The position numbers were made by a program, and so were the translations under genes. A stretch of 64,000 nt of DNA, from contig CALCTR010000029.1 of the NCBI GenBank assembly GCA_937906925.1, positions 12,119 to 76,118 on the forward strand, written 5' to 3'. The notes beneath the pieces are model-generated. The model was given only the letters and a program-made list of their open reading frames with translations. It was not told the DNA's origin and ran no database searches. Origin of the DNA: an uncultured Alphaproteobacteria bacterium (lineage in GTDB: Bacteria > Pseudomonadota > Alphaproteobacteria > CAAHEQ01 > UBA3637). How positions within the stretch are numbered: the first letter of the stretch is position 1; each line of letters opens with the position of its first letter. Below, in pieces: positions 1 through 8,915 of the stretch.

Positions 1-467
1 TTATAACGAGTTTCTTCCATAGAAACAGCAAAACCTGTTTTAGCAATCAAACCAACCAAATCTGAGGCCGCCACTTTAAATGAAAACGGCGTATTTTCTT
101 GAGCCATTGTTGGAAATCCATCAGCCGGCAAACTTGCCAAAACAAATTTAGAGCGACCAGAAACCAAAGAAACCTGAGAACTTTCTGCCAAATAAGAAAG
201 TTGTACCTGTGAGCCTTCTGATAATTTTTTAACAATATCATAAAGTTTATGTGCCGGAATGGTAACAGCACCGGACTGTTCAACAGATGCAGGTATTTTT
301 TCTGTTATTTCAATTTCATTATCCGTTGCCCGCAGCAAAACTTCATCTGCTCCGGCTTCAATTAACACGTTTGACAAAACAGGGATTGTTTGTCTACGTT
401 CAACAACACTTTGGATATGAGAAAGGGCTTTTAACAGCAAACCTCTTTCTATTGTTAATTTAATCAT
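1..467 (-). CDS. dnaN: DNA polymerase III beta sliding clamp, N-terminal 155 codons only (rest lies beyond window start)
   Basis: Absent from the ORF track because it is open at the window edge. My translation from the ATG (CAT at 465-467) gives MIKLTIERGLLLKALSHIQSVVERRQTIPVLSNVLIEA...KTGFAVSMEETRY. This closely matches alphaproteobacterial DnaN domain I. Confidence 0.9.
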   Translation of the reverse strand, partial: MIKLTIERGLLLKALSHIQSVVERRQTIPVLSNVLIEAGADEVLLRATDNEIEITEKIPASVEQSGAVTIPAHKLYDIVKKLSEGSQVQLSYLAESSQVSLVSGRSKFVLASLPADGFPTMAQENTPFSFKVAASDLVGLIAKTGFAVSMEETRY

Positions 468-682
468 TTTTTCGTTCCTTTTTTTCTAATTTTTTTAAAT
501 CAAAAACCGTTCTTTCAGATTAACAAAACAGTTACTGTTACTATAGAATATTTTTTTGAAAAAAGACACAAAAAAAACACGTTTTTTAAACTTTTTTTAA
601 ACTTTTTACATATTTTTTGATAAATCTCTTTTTTTTAAAATAAAAAAAGGTTATAAGGATAAAAAAAGGATGGAGACTAAAA

Positions 683-3094
683 ATGAAAAGATATGAATTG
701 TCAGCTGACGAAATCTATAAAGAAAGCTTTTTATCTGATGAAGATTTAAAAGATTTACCCAAAGAAAGCCCTATTTTAGGCCAAAACCAAGCTCTGGAAG
801 CTATTAGTTTCGGTGCAAAAATAAAAGCAAGTGGTTACAATGTTTTTTGTACTGGCCCTAAAGGTGTGGGACGAACCGTTCTAACCCTACATACACTTAA
901 GGAGTATGCCGCCACGCAAAAAACACCTGATGATTGGTGCTTTATTCACAATTTTGAAGCACCACATCAACCGATTGCCTTAAATTTTCCGGCCGGTCAT
1001 GGCAAAATTTTTGTCAGAGATATAAAAAAGATGGCAAATGCACTCAGAATGCATTTATCAGCCCTCTTCACTGACGAATCGTATAAAATTCAAGTCGCCC
1101 ACTTAGAGCAACAGTGTGCTAAGGATAAAGAAAACTACTTTAATGTCCTTCAAAAATCAGTTGAAGATAAAAACGTTACTTTAATGCGTGTTCCATCCGG
1201 TGTTACAGTTGCCCCTGTAAAAAAAGGAAAAGTTTTAACACCAAACGCTTTCAATAAACTGCCCAAAGCAGAACGAAAAGAAATTTTAGAGCAATTAAAA
1301 ACAGCTCAAAAAAAGTTGGAAGCTACAATTAAAGAAACACCCAACTGGGATACATCTATGCAATTAATGTTAGAACAGTTGCATATTGATATGGCATCAA
1401 AAGTTTTAAATACCATTATTAACCCCTTGAAAAAAACATATGCCAAAAACAACACAATTCAAATTTATCTAGAATCCATTAGAGTTGATTTACTGGATAA
1501 CATCAATTTGTTAGCTGCCCAAGCGGGTGATACCAATATTGATATGGTTATGGAACAACTAAATGAATTATGGTCCAGATATGCCGTTAATTTATTTGTT
1601 TCACACAAACCGGATGCCGGAGCACCTGTTATTCATTTAAATCACCCAACACTCTCTAATTTAGTCGGCAGAATAGAAAGACAACAGCACTTAGGTTCTT
1701 TAACAACCGACTTTTCTCTTATCCGACCTGGTGCATTGCATCTTGCAAACGGTGGTTATATTGTCATTGAAGCAAGAGAACTCCTTTCAAATGAGCATAC
1801 ATGGAACGCTTTAAAAAGAGCTTTATTTTCAAAACAAATAAAAATAGAATCAGGAACTGATGATAACTCAGTATTTACCATTGTTTCTTTAACTCCGGCA
1901 ATTATTCCGTTATCCATAAAAGTTATTCTTATCGGTGAAACAGACTTATACTATTTACTTATGGACAGAGATGATGAATTTGGTGAACTATTTAAAATTC
2001 AATCCCGATTTGCCGAAAAATTAGAACGCACAAAAGAAAATGAAAAGATATATGCACAAATTTTAACAAATTTTGCACGTAATGAAAAATTAAAACCATT
2101 TTCGCCCAATGCCATGCGTAGAATTTTGGAACACACCTCCAGATTAGCAGGCGATAATACATATTTAAGCACATTTATGACACATGTAAATGATCTTATG
2201 CGTGAAGCAAATTTCTTTGCCGTACAAGCAAGAGCTAAGACTGTTGAAGTCAGCCACATCAACAAAGCGTTAGAGGCCAAGCGTCTACGCTCGGGACATA
2301 TGCAAAAAGAAATGATGGAGATGATAAAGAAAGGCACCATCAGCATATCAACGTCAGGTAAAAACATTGGGCAATTAAATGCTCTTGTTGTACACGATTA
2401 TGGTTCGTTTTCATTTGGACGTCCCAACAGGGTTACCTGTCAAATCAGATTAGGCCATGGTGATTTAATTGACGTTGAACGTGAGGCAGAACTAGGTGGT
2501 GCTATCCACTCTAAAGGCGTATTGATTTTATCTTCATTTTTAGCCAGTCGCTTTTCAAAAGGAGAACCTCTTTCTTTAGATGCTTCATTAGTGTTTGAGC
2601 AATCATACTCTGAATTAGATGGCGATTCGGCCTCATCAACAGAACTATACTGTTTGCTCTCTGCCGTTGGAGATATACCATTAAATCAATCTATTGCTGC
2701 AACCGGTTCTGTCAATCAACTCGGTCAAATACAAGCCGTTGGAGCCGTTAATGAGAAGATTGAGGGCTATTTTACTGTTTGCAAACAAAAAGGGTTAACC
2801 GGTGAACAAGGCGTTATTATCCCTCGCTCTGTTGTCCATACATTAATGTTAAAACCAGAAGTTGTTAACGCTGTAAAAGAGAAGAAATTCCATATTTATG
2901 CCGTTGATACTGTTGATGAGGGTATGGAAATTTTAACCGGTTTACCAGCCGGTAAACTAAATAAAGCCGGACACTATCCAACACACAGCATCAATGGTAT
3001 CGTTGCCAAGAGATTAAATGATTTCTTTAAAAAATCGCAAGAAGCCGAAAACAATTTAAAGAAACCCTCAAAAACAAAAAAAGGGCGGAAATAA
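683..3094 (+). CDS. Lon-like protease with degenerate AAA+ module (LonC / COG1067-like)
   Basis: 803-aa ORF. The C-terminus has Lon S16 protease signatures (DGDSASS Ser motif, VGAVNEKIEG Lys motif). The N-terminal P-loop-like GPKGVGRT has Arg in place of the Walker A Lys. The Walker B position reads IVIEAR instead of hhhhDE. About 290 aa of helical insertion separates the two motifs. Confidence 0.8.
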   Translation: MKRYELSADEIYKESFLSDEDLKDLPKESPILGQNQALEAISFGAKIKASGYNVFCTGPKGVGRTVLTLHTLKEYAATQKTPDDWCFIHNFEAPHQPIALNFPAGHGKIFVRDIKKMANALRMHLSALFTDESYKIQVAHLEQQCAKDKENYFNVLQKSVEDKNVTLMRVPSGVTVAPVKKGKVLTPNAFNKLPKAERKEILEQLKTAQKKLEATIKETPNWDTSMQLMLEQLHIDMASKVLNTIINPLKKTYAKNNTIQIYLESIRVDLLDNINLLAAQAGDTNIDMVMEQLNELWSRYAVNLFVSHKPDAGAPVIHLNHPTLSNLVGRIERQQHLGSLTTDFSLIRPGALHLANGGYIVIEARELLSNEHTWNALKRALFSKQIKIESGTDDNSVFTIVSLTPAIIPLSIKVILIGETDLYYLLMDRDDEFGELFKIQSRFAEKLERTKENEKIYAQILTNFARNEKLKPFSPNAMRRILEHTSRLAGDNTYLSTFMTHVNDLMREANFFAVQARAKTVEVSHINKALEAKRLRSGHMQKEMMEMIKKGTISISTSGKNIGQLNALVVHDYGSFSFGRPNRVTCQIRLGHGDLIDVEREAELGGAIHSKGVLILSSFLASRFSKGEPLSLDASLVFEQSYSELDGDSASSTELYCLLSAVGDIPLNQSIAATGSVNQLGQIQAVGAVNEKIEGYFTVCKQKGLTGEQGVIIPRSVVHTLMLKPEVVNAVKEKKFHIYAVDTVDEGMEILTGLPAGKLNKAGHYPTHSINGIVAKRLNDFFKKSQEAENNLKKPSKTKKGRK

Positions 3095-3107
3095 TCCGCC
3101 TTTTTTT
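3084..3107. terminator. Bidirectional rho-independent terminator between convergent genes
   Basis: GGCGGA-aataa-TCCGCC hairpin, flanked by an A-run upstream and T7 downstream. Confidence 0.75.
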
Positions 3108-3122
3108 ACAACTCTTCATAAA

Positions 3123-4778
3123 CTATTTAACAAAAGATTTCCGTATAGCTTCTTTCACCAATCGTAATTTTAATTTATTTTTTTGTGAAGAAGTTAATTT
3201 TTTAACAACCGCATCTCCGTATTCTTCCATAACCAAACGCAAACACGCCTTTAATGTTTCTTGTGCATCAAAAGATTCTTTTTTATTTTTAAGAGCAGTT
3301 AAATGTCTTAAAATTAAATCGGCGTCTTCAGGTTTTATCGGTAGGTAAGTTGTTTCTTTTAATATCTTTTTTAACAATAATGCCGCCTGTGGTATTTTTC
3401 TGACATACAACAATATTCCCCGAAATGTTTTACGTTGCATATTTCTTAAAACATGATAACTTTCAAAAACCGGTAATTGAATCTGAAATAAATTTTTCCA
3501 TAAAAAATAAGCCATATCCACATTTTTTTGTTTCAATGCTTTTAAAATTGGTGATTGGCCTTTTGCATCAAATGACTGGAACCAATTAGACTCGTTTTTA
3601 ACAACCAAACCAACTAGCTCTAAATCATTTTGATCAATGGCTTGGTGAATTAAAAAATCGCCAGAACGATTTCTTAAAGGCAATATTTTAGCACCGGTTT
3701 TTAAAAACTGCCTAAGCTCTTGTATTTGCTTATTTTGAATCAATTTTTCTTGTAGGGAAAACATTTTTTTTATTGATAACACATATGCTTTAAAATCAAA
3801 AAACAATTCCTTTCCTGCTTTAAGCCAATCAGAAATTTGTTTTTGATTAGAAAGAGATTTAATTATCGTTAATGGAGATTTCTTTCCATTGAAATCTAAT
3901 GAGGCACGTATATATTCACAAATAAAACCTGAGACATTCTCCCATTCCGGTGTTTTTAAAAAATCTAATGAGTAATCTTTAAAATAGGCACGATAGTGGT
4001 GATCATCTATCTCATACATTAATAATTTTTGTGTACTTAAAACCATTTCATCTGGTTGTAAAAAAGTTAACCCGTTTTTATCTTTATCTTTTTTTCTTGT
4101 ATTTAAAAAAGCGTGAAAATTAGAATACTTCCAATTTCGTTCTTGCTGCCTATCAGAATAAGAAACAACGTGCAAAACCGTAGATTTTGTTACTTGCATC
4201 GGAAATCTGCTGGCACAAGCAACAACTTTAAATGCTTTACAAATTTTAGTTCTATCTTTTAAAGAAAATTTTAACCTTTTTAAACGCTCTTCTAAAAAAC
4301 GCGACATTTCATAAGAAACAAATCCTCCGTAGCAATAAGAAACCAAAATTAGGCGATTTAATTTTTCACAAATTTCTGTAACTGTTCTTGCTTTTTTATT
4401 TTCATCTATCAAAATCGGTAAAAAAACAGCATTAAAAAAAGGTCTGAAATCAGGAGAAACAGGTAACTCTTCTTTTGGAAAAGATGCTTTTATATCATTT
4501 AGTACTCGGGCTTTTTTTAACGCACGCAACCGGTGATTGGGAACACCGTCATCATCATAGTAAGCACAAAACACCGTTGTATCTGAATCTAACAAGTTTC
4601 CCATCGTGTCTTGGAATCGTTTGATACATCCGTTTGCAGATTTAGGTGTCCGAACAGTCCCGCCCGGCATTATCAAAATCATCTTGCCTGTTTTTGAAAA
4701 TTGAAAATCAGAAATTTCACGCCAATGTGTTTTTTCAACAGATAAATCTCTTATTCCCAAAGAAATTTTTTCAATCAT
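3123..4778 (-). CDS. Hypothetical protein: N-terminal alpha/beta-hydrolase-like domain with Cys nucleophile elbow, C-terminal ankyrin-like repeats (candidate effector)
   Basis: 551-aa ORF. Strand-elbow pattern LILVSYCYGGFV (Sm-x-Cys-x-Sm, Cys149 at 4332-4334). The ankyrin-like segments GDFLIHQAIDQNDLELVGLVVK and GQSPILKALKQKNVDMAYFLWK lie at about aa 370-430. Confidence 0.55.
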   Translation of the reverse strand: MIEKISLGIRDLSVEKTHWREISDFQFSKTGKMILIMPGGTVRTPKSANGCIKRFQDTMGNLLDSDTTVFCAYYDDDGVPNHRLRALKKARVLNDIKASFPKEELPVSPDFRPFFNAVFLPILIDENKKARTVTEICEKLNRLILVSYCYGGFVSYEMSRFLEERLKRLKFSLKDRTKICKAFKVVACASRFPMQVTKSTVLHVVSYSDRQQERNWKYSNFHAFLNTRKKDKDKNGLTFLQPDEMVLSTQKLLMYEIDDHHYRAYFKDYSLDFLKTPEWENVSGFICEYIRASLDFNGKKSPLTIIKSLSNQKQISDWLKAGKELFFDFKAYVLSIKKMFSLQEKLIQNKQIQELRQFLKTGAKILPLRNRSGDFLIHQAIDQNDLELVGLVVKNESNWFQSFDAKGQSPILKALKQKNVDMAYFLWKNLFQIQLPVFESYHVLRNMQRKTFRGILLYVRKIPQAALLLKKILKETTYLPIKPEDADLILRHLTALKNKKESFDAQETLKACLRLVMEEYGDAVVKKLTSSQKNKLKLRLVKEAIRKSFVK

Positions 4779-4781
4779 CTA

Positions 4782-5945
4782 TTAAATATTATCCCACAGT
4801 TTTTTTATCTGAGAAATAAAATCAGAACAAGCTTCTTGCGTCTCTTCTTTAGATTCTTTAGCAAATTCTTTTAATAACTCTTTTTGACGAGCTGTTAAAT
4901 GACGGGGTGTTTCAACTTTTAACGTTACAAACAAATCACCAAAAGAGCCACTCTTCAAAACCGGCATTCCTTTGCCCTTAAGTTTAAGTTGATGCCCACT
5001 TTGTGTACCTGCTTTTATTTCAACTTGCTCCATTTTGCCCGACATAGTCGGTACATCAACTGTTCCGCCTAATGCAGCCGTTGTCATTGCCAACGGTATT
5101 TCACAATAAAGATTAGCACCTTCACGTTCAAAAATCTCGTGTTCTTTAACAGTTAAAAACACATATAAATCACCATTTGAACCACCGTGAAGGCCAGCAT
5201 GACCTTCATTTGGCAAACGCATTCTGATACCGGTATCAACACCTTTGGGAATATTAACCTCCAAAGTCCTTTTTTTACGAACCCGACCTGTGCCCCTACA
5301 TTTAGAACAAGGATCCTTAACCGTTTTACCACTTCCATGACATGTCGGACAATCTGTATCAACAACAAAAAAACCTTGTCTTTGACGAACACGACCATAG
5401 CCACCACAAGTGGCACACTGTTCTAAACTCTTACCGCCTTTTCCAGCACAGTCATCACAAGCAACAAATGTTTCAACGTCTATAGATTTTTTAAGCCCAT
5501 CATAAGCTTCTTGTAAAGAAACAACTAAATCATACCGCAAATCAGAACCGCGATTGTGATTTGCCTCACCGCGTGCTGACTGACCACCACGGGTAAACCC
5601 GCTAAACATTTCTTCAAAAATGCTTTCAAAGCCGGTACCTGAAAAATCAAAACCACCAAAACCGCCTGCTCCACCGGATTGCCCCATACCACTTGTATAA
5701 GCTTGATGTCCATATCTGTCATAAGCAGCCCGTTTTTGGTCATCTTTTAAAACTTCGTACGCTTCATTTATTTCTTTAAATTTGGCTTCAGCAGCTCCAT
5801 CTCCCGGATGATAATCCGGATGGCATTCTTTTGCCTTGATACGAAACGCTCTTTTAATTTCATCAAAAGAAGCTGTTTTAGATACACCTAATAAATCATA
5901 ATAACTTTGACTGGTCACGTTGATACCCTTTGACTTTAAAATCAT
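4782..5945 (-). CDS. dnaJ: Molecular chaperone DnaJ
   Basis: J domain with HPD, a G/F-rich linker, and four CxxCxGxG zinc-finger motifs (CDDCAGKG, CATCGGYG, CPTCHGSG, CSKCRGTG). Lies immediately downstream of dnaK. Confidence 0.97.
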   Translation of the reverse strand: MILKSKGINVTSQSYYDLLGVSKTASFDEIKRAFRIKAKECHPDYHPGDGAAEAKFKEINEAYEVLKDDQKRAAYDRYGHQAYTSGMGQSGGAGGFGGFDFSGTGFESIFEEMFSGFTRGGQSARGEANHNRGSDLRYDLVVSLQEAYDGLKKSIDVETFVACDDCAGKGGKSLEQCATCGGYGRVRQRQGFFVVDTDCPTCHGSGKTVKDPCSKCRGTGRVRKKRTLEVNIPKGVDTGIRMRLPNEGHAGLHGGSNGDLYVFLTVKEHEIFEREGANLYCEIPLAMTTAALGGTVDVPTMSGKMEQVEIKAGTQSGHQLKLKGKGMPVLKSGSFGDLFVTLKVETPRHLTARQKELLKEFAKESKEETQEACSDFISQIKKLWDNI

Positions 5946-6019
5946 TTAAACAAACTTTTTAAATCATACCATTTTAGGATAATTTTTGCAAGTAGAACCT
6001 TTGTTTATTTATAATTAAA

Positions 6020-6057
6020 ACAAGGTATTGAATAACTTTCATTACTCAATACCCTGT
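6020..6057 (-). terminator. Intercistronic hairpin between dnaK and dnaJ (attenuator/partial terminator)
   Basis: 16-bp arms with 2 mismatches (acaaggtattgaataa / ttactcaataccctgt) and a 6-nt loop. Only T4 follows on the minus strand. Confidence 0.45.
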
Positions 6058-6078
6058 TTTTGTTTAAAAATATTAAAA

Positions 6079-7986
6079 TTATTTTTTCACTTCTTCAAAA
6101 TCAGCATCCACAACCGTATCGTCTGATTGTTGCGAAGCTGCAGAATCCGCTGTTTCAGCACCGGCAGAAGCTCCATCTGCTTGTTGTTGCTTGTACATTG
6201 CTTCACCTAATTTTAAAGAAGTTTGCGTTAAAGCATTTGTTTTTTCTTTAATACGTTCTGCATCATTGCTATCCAATACATCTTTTAATTCCTGAACGGC
6301 TTTTTCAATAGCCTCTTTATCTGAAGACGGTATCTTATCTCCGTTTTCTTTTAATAATTTTTCTGTTTCATGAATTAAAGCATCAGCATGATTACGTGCT
6401 TCAATAGCTTCTTTAATCTTCTTATCTTCTTCAGCATGTTGCTCAGCTTCTTTAATCATTTTTTCAATATCGTCATCTTTTAAACCACCAGATGCCTGGA
6501 TACGGATATTTTGTTCTTTACCTGTTGCTTTATCTTTTGCAGATACATTAACGATACCGTTGGCGTCAATATCAAAAGTAACTTCAATCTGAGGCATGCC
6601 TCTTGGTGCCGGCGGAATACCAATTAAATCAAATTGACCCAACAATTTGTTATCTCTGGCCATTTCGCGTTCTCCTTGATGAACACGAATGGTTACCGCT
6701 GTTTGACCATCTTCTGCTGTTGAGAAAACCTGACTTTTCTTCGTAGGGATGGTTGTATTTCTGTCAATCAAACGCGTAAAGACGCCGCCTAACGTTTCAA
6801 TACCTAATGATAATGGGGTAACATCAAGCAATAAAACATCTTTAACGTCGCCTTTTAACACGCCGCCTTGAATGGCTGCACCCATAGCAACAACCTCATC
6901 CGGGTTTACACCTTTATGCGGTTCTTTTCCAAAGAAATCTTTAACAATTTCTTGAACTTTTGGCATACGGGTCATACCACCAACCAAGATAACTTCATCA
7001 ATTTGGGAACGAGATAAACCGGCATCCTTTAAAGCCTTTTCCATAGGGCCTTTTGTTCTGGCCAATAAATCCTCTACCAAACTTTCTAACTTTGCACGTG
7101 TCAATGAAACATTTAAGTGTTTTGGACCAGTTGCATCAGCTGTAATAAACGGCAAATTAATGTCTGTTTGTGTTGCGGAAGAAAGTTCTATTTTTGCTTT
7201 TTCGGCCGCCTCTTTTAAACGTTGTAAAGCCATTCTGTCTTTACGTAAATCAATACCGTTTTCTTTTTGGAACTCATCTGCCAAGAAGTCCATAATACGG
7301 GCATCAAAATCTTCACCACCCAAGAATGTATCACCGTTTGTTGCTTTAACTTCAAAAACACCATCACCGATTTCCAAAATAGATACGTCAAAGGTACCAC
7401 CGCCTAAGTCATAAACAGCAATCATACCTGATTTTTTCTGATCCATACCATAAGCAAGAGCGGCAGCTGTCGGCTCATTGATGATTCTTAAAACTTCAAG
7501 ACCTGCAATTTTACCAGCATCTTTTGTTGCTTGACGTTGCGAATCGTCAAAATATGCCGGAACCGTGATAATAGCTTGCGTGATTTTTTCACCCAAATAG
7601 CTTTCGGCATCTTCTTTTAATTTTTGTAAGACAAAAGCTGAAATCTGGCTGGGTGCATATTTTTTATCATTAACATCTACCCATGCATCACCATTTTCAC
7701 CCTCTACAATTTTATAAGGAACTAACCCCTTATCTCTTTCAACCATTTTATCATTAAAACGACGACCAATTAACCGTTTGATTGAAAATAATGTACCGCC
7801 CGGGTTTGTAACAGCCTGCCGTTTTGCAGCCTGACCGACCAAACGCTCTCCTTTTGAAGTAAAGGCAACCATAGATGGTGTCGTTCTGGCACCCTCTCTG
7901 TTTTCCAACACCTTACCGTCTTTGCCATCCATAATAGCCATACAGGAGTTGGTTGTACCTAAGTCAATTCCTAATATTTTAGACAT
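6079..7986 (-). CDS. dnaK: Molecular chaperone DnaK (Hsp70)
   Basis: 635-aa ORF with [17 protein letters not shown] and [11 protein letters not shown] signatures along its full length. Confidence 0.98.
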   Translation of the reverse strand: MSKILGIDLGTTNSCMAIMDGKDGKVLENREGARTTPSMVAFTSKGERLVGQAAKRQAVTNPGGTLFSIKRLIGRRFNDKMVERDKGLVPYKIVEGENGDAWVDVNDKKYAPSQISAFVLQKLKEDAESYLGEKITQAIITVPAYFDDSQRQATKDAGKIAGLEVLRIINEPTAAALAYGMDQKKSGMIAVYDLGGGTFDVSILEIGDGVFEVKATNGDTFLGGEDFDARIMDFLADEFQKENGIDLRKDRMALQRLKEAAEKAKIELSSATQTDINLPFITADATGPKHLNVSLTRAKLESLVEDLLARTKGPMEKALKDAGLSRSQIDEVILVGGMTRMPKVQEIVKDFFGKEPHKGVNPDEVVAMGAAIQGGVLKGDVKDVLLLDVTPLSLGIETLGGVFTRLIDRNTTIPTKKSQVFSTAEDGQTAVTIRVHQGEREMARDNKLLGQFDLIGIPPAPRGMPQIEVTFDIDANGIVNVSAKDKATGKEQNIRIQASGGLKDDDIEKMIKEAEQHAEEDKKIKEAIEARNHADALIHETEKLLKENGDKIPSSDKEAIEKAVQELKDVLDSNDAERIKEKTNALTQTSLKLGEAMYKQQQADGASAGAETADSAASQQSDDTVVDADFEEVKK

Positions 7987-8029
7987 ATATTTTCTCCTTT
8001 ATCATTATTTATTCTTTTTGATGAGAGTT

Positions 8030-8058
8030 ATATAGGTCATAACATTGTATTTTTCAAC
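8030..8058 (-). promoter_or_regulatory. Candidate sigma32 (RpoH) heat-shock promoter of dnaKJ
   Basis: The minus strand reads gTTGAAA-N15-CCTATAT. This fits the alphaproteobacterial RpoH pattern CTTG-N17/18-CYTATNT. It lies about 45 nt upstream of the dnaK ATG. Confidence 0.5.
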
Positions 8059-8232
8059 CCTCTTTTTCTATTTTTTTTAGATTTTTATCCAAATAAAGAA
8101 AATTACCTATCCAAATTAAAAAAAAACAAACCGATTTTTATTCAAAAAAGTTTTAAATTGCTTGAATAAAAAAAAGAATATGATATAGTTATTTCTTAGA
8201 AAGACAACGTTACAAATACCAGAGACAAAAAA

Positions 8233-8523
8233 ATGACACATCCCATATCTAGAAACTGGTTTTTTCCTTTTATATGCCTTTGGATAACCATATACTTTTT
8301 TTATCATGGTATTGCCGGAAATCATGGTTTTCACAGAATGAAACAAGTTGAAGAAGAAATAAAAACGGCAACCCAAATTTCAACCAATTTAAAAAAAGAA
8401 AAAGAACTTTTACAATCAAAAGTTAATGCTCTTTATCCTCATTCATTGGATTTAGATCAGTTAGAAGAATCAGCTTTAAGAATTTTAAATATGGGCGATA
8501 AAAACGCCAAAATTATTTTTTAA
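8233..8523 (+). CDS. ftsB: Septum formation initiator family protein (FtsB/DivIC-like)
   Basis: 96 aa with one N-terminal TM helix, a coiled coil (EEEIKTATQISTNLKKEKELLQSKVNAL) and a C-terminal LDLDQLEESAR-type motif. Confidence 0.65.
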   Translation: MTHPISRNWFFPFICLWITIYFFYHGIAGNHGFHRMKQVEEEIKTATQISTNLKKEKELLQSKVNALYPHSLDLDQLEESALRILNMGDKNAKIIF

Positions 8524-8915
8524 TTTGACTTATCTCTGTTGCTGAGACCCGCCCTTCTTGCAGCTCTGTAAACAGCCTCTAACTCTTGCTCTTTTAGGGA
8601 AAAGTTAATCATAACTAAATCTTTTTGATATAACTTATTCATCGTATTTAAAATTAAGGTTTCATCTTGTTTCCAGCGTTCGGGTTTAATCTTAATCGCA
8701 ACTTTTAATTTATCTATTTCCCAGCATCCGCTTTTTTGATTAAAAAACACATTACCGATACTGGAAACACAATCCGGATTAAGTCGGTAATGTCTGATAA
8801 ACGCCGCATGTGTCATCTCTCCTAAAAAATTGGGATGCGTTTGAAATAAATGCCAAACACGCAATGAATAATCCTTTACTTTTGGATGATCATTATAAAA
8901 AACAATAAAACGCAC
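8520..8915 (-). CDS. Hypothetical protein, translationally coupled to ampG
   Basis: 131-aa ORF. Its GTG start overlaps the ampG TAG stop by 1 nt (TAGTG). I recognise no motif. Confidence 0.5.
   Translation of the reverse strand: MRFIVFYNDHPKVKDYSLRVWHLFQTHPNFLGEMTHAAFIRHYRLNPDCVSSIGNVFFNQKSGCWEIDKLKVAIKIKPERWKQDETLILNTMNKLYQKDLVMINFSLKEQELEAVYRAARRAGLSNRDKSN

Noticed and set aside
468-682. Possible replication origin or DnaA boxes next to dnaN
   Set aside because: Only degenerate matches are present, for example TAAGGATAA against TGTGGATAA (7 of 9). No dnaA gene is adjacent. In alphaproteobacteria dnaN is usually not at oriC. AT-richness alone is uninformative in this genome.
683-3094. Lon-like protease as BrxL of a BREX defence system
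   Set aside because: No other BREX components (PglX methyltransferase, PglZ phosphatase, BrxA/B/C) are nearby. The neighbours are dnaN and chaperone genes.
8116-8376. 86-aa minus-strand ORF in the dnaK/ftsB divergent region
   Set aside because: It overlaps the ftsB-like gene start and the promoter region. It has F/K-rich low-complexity composition, no RBS and no motif.
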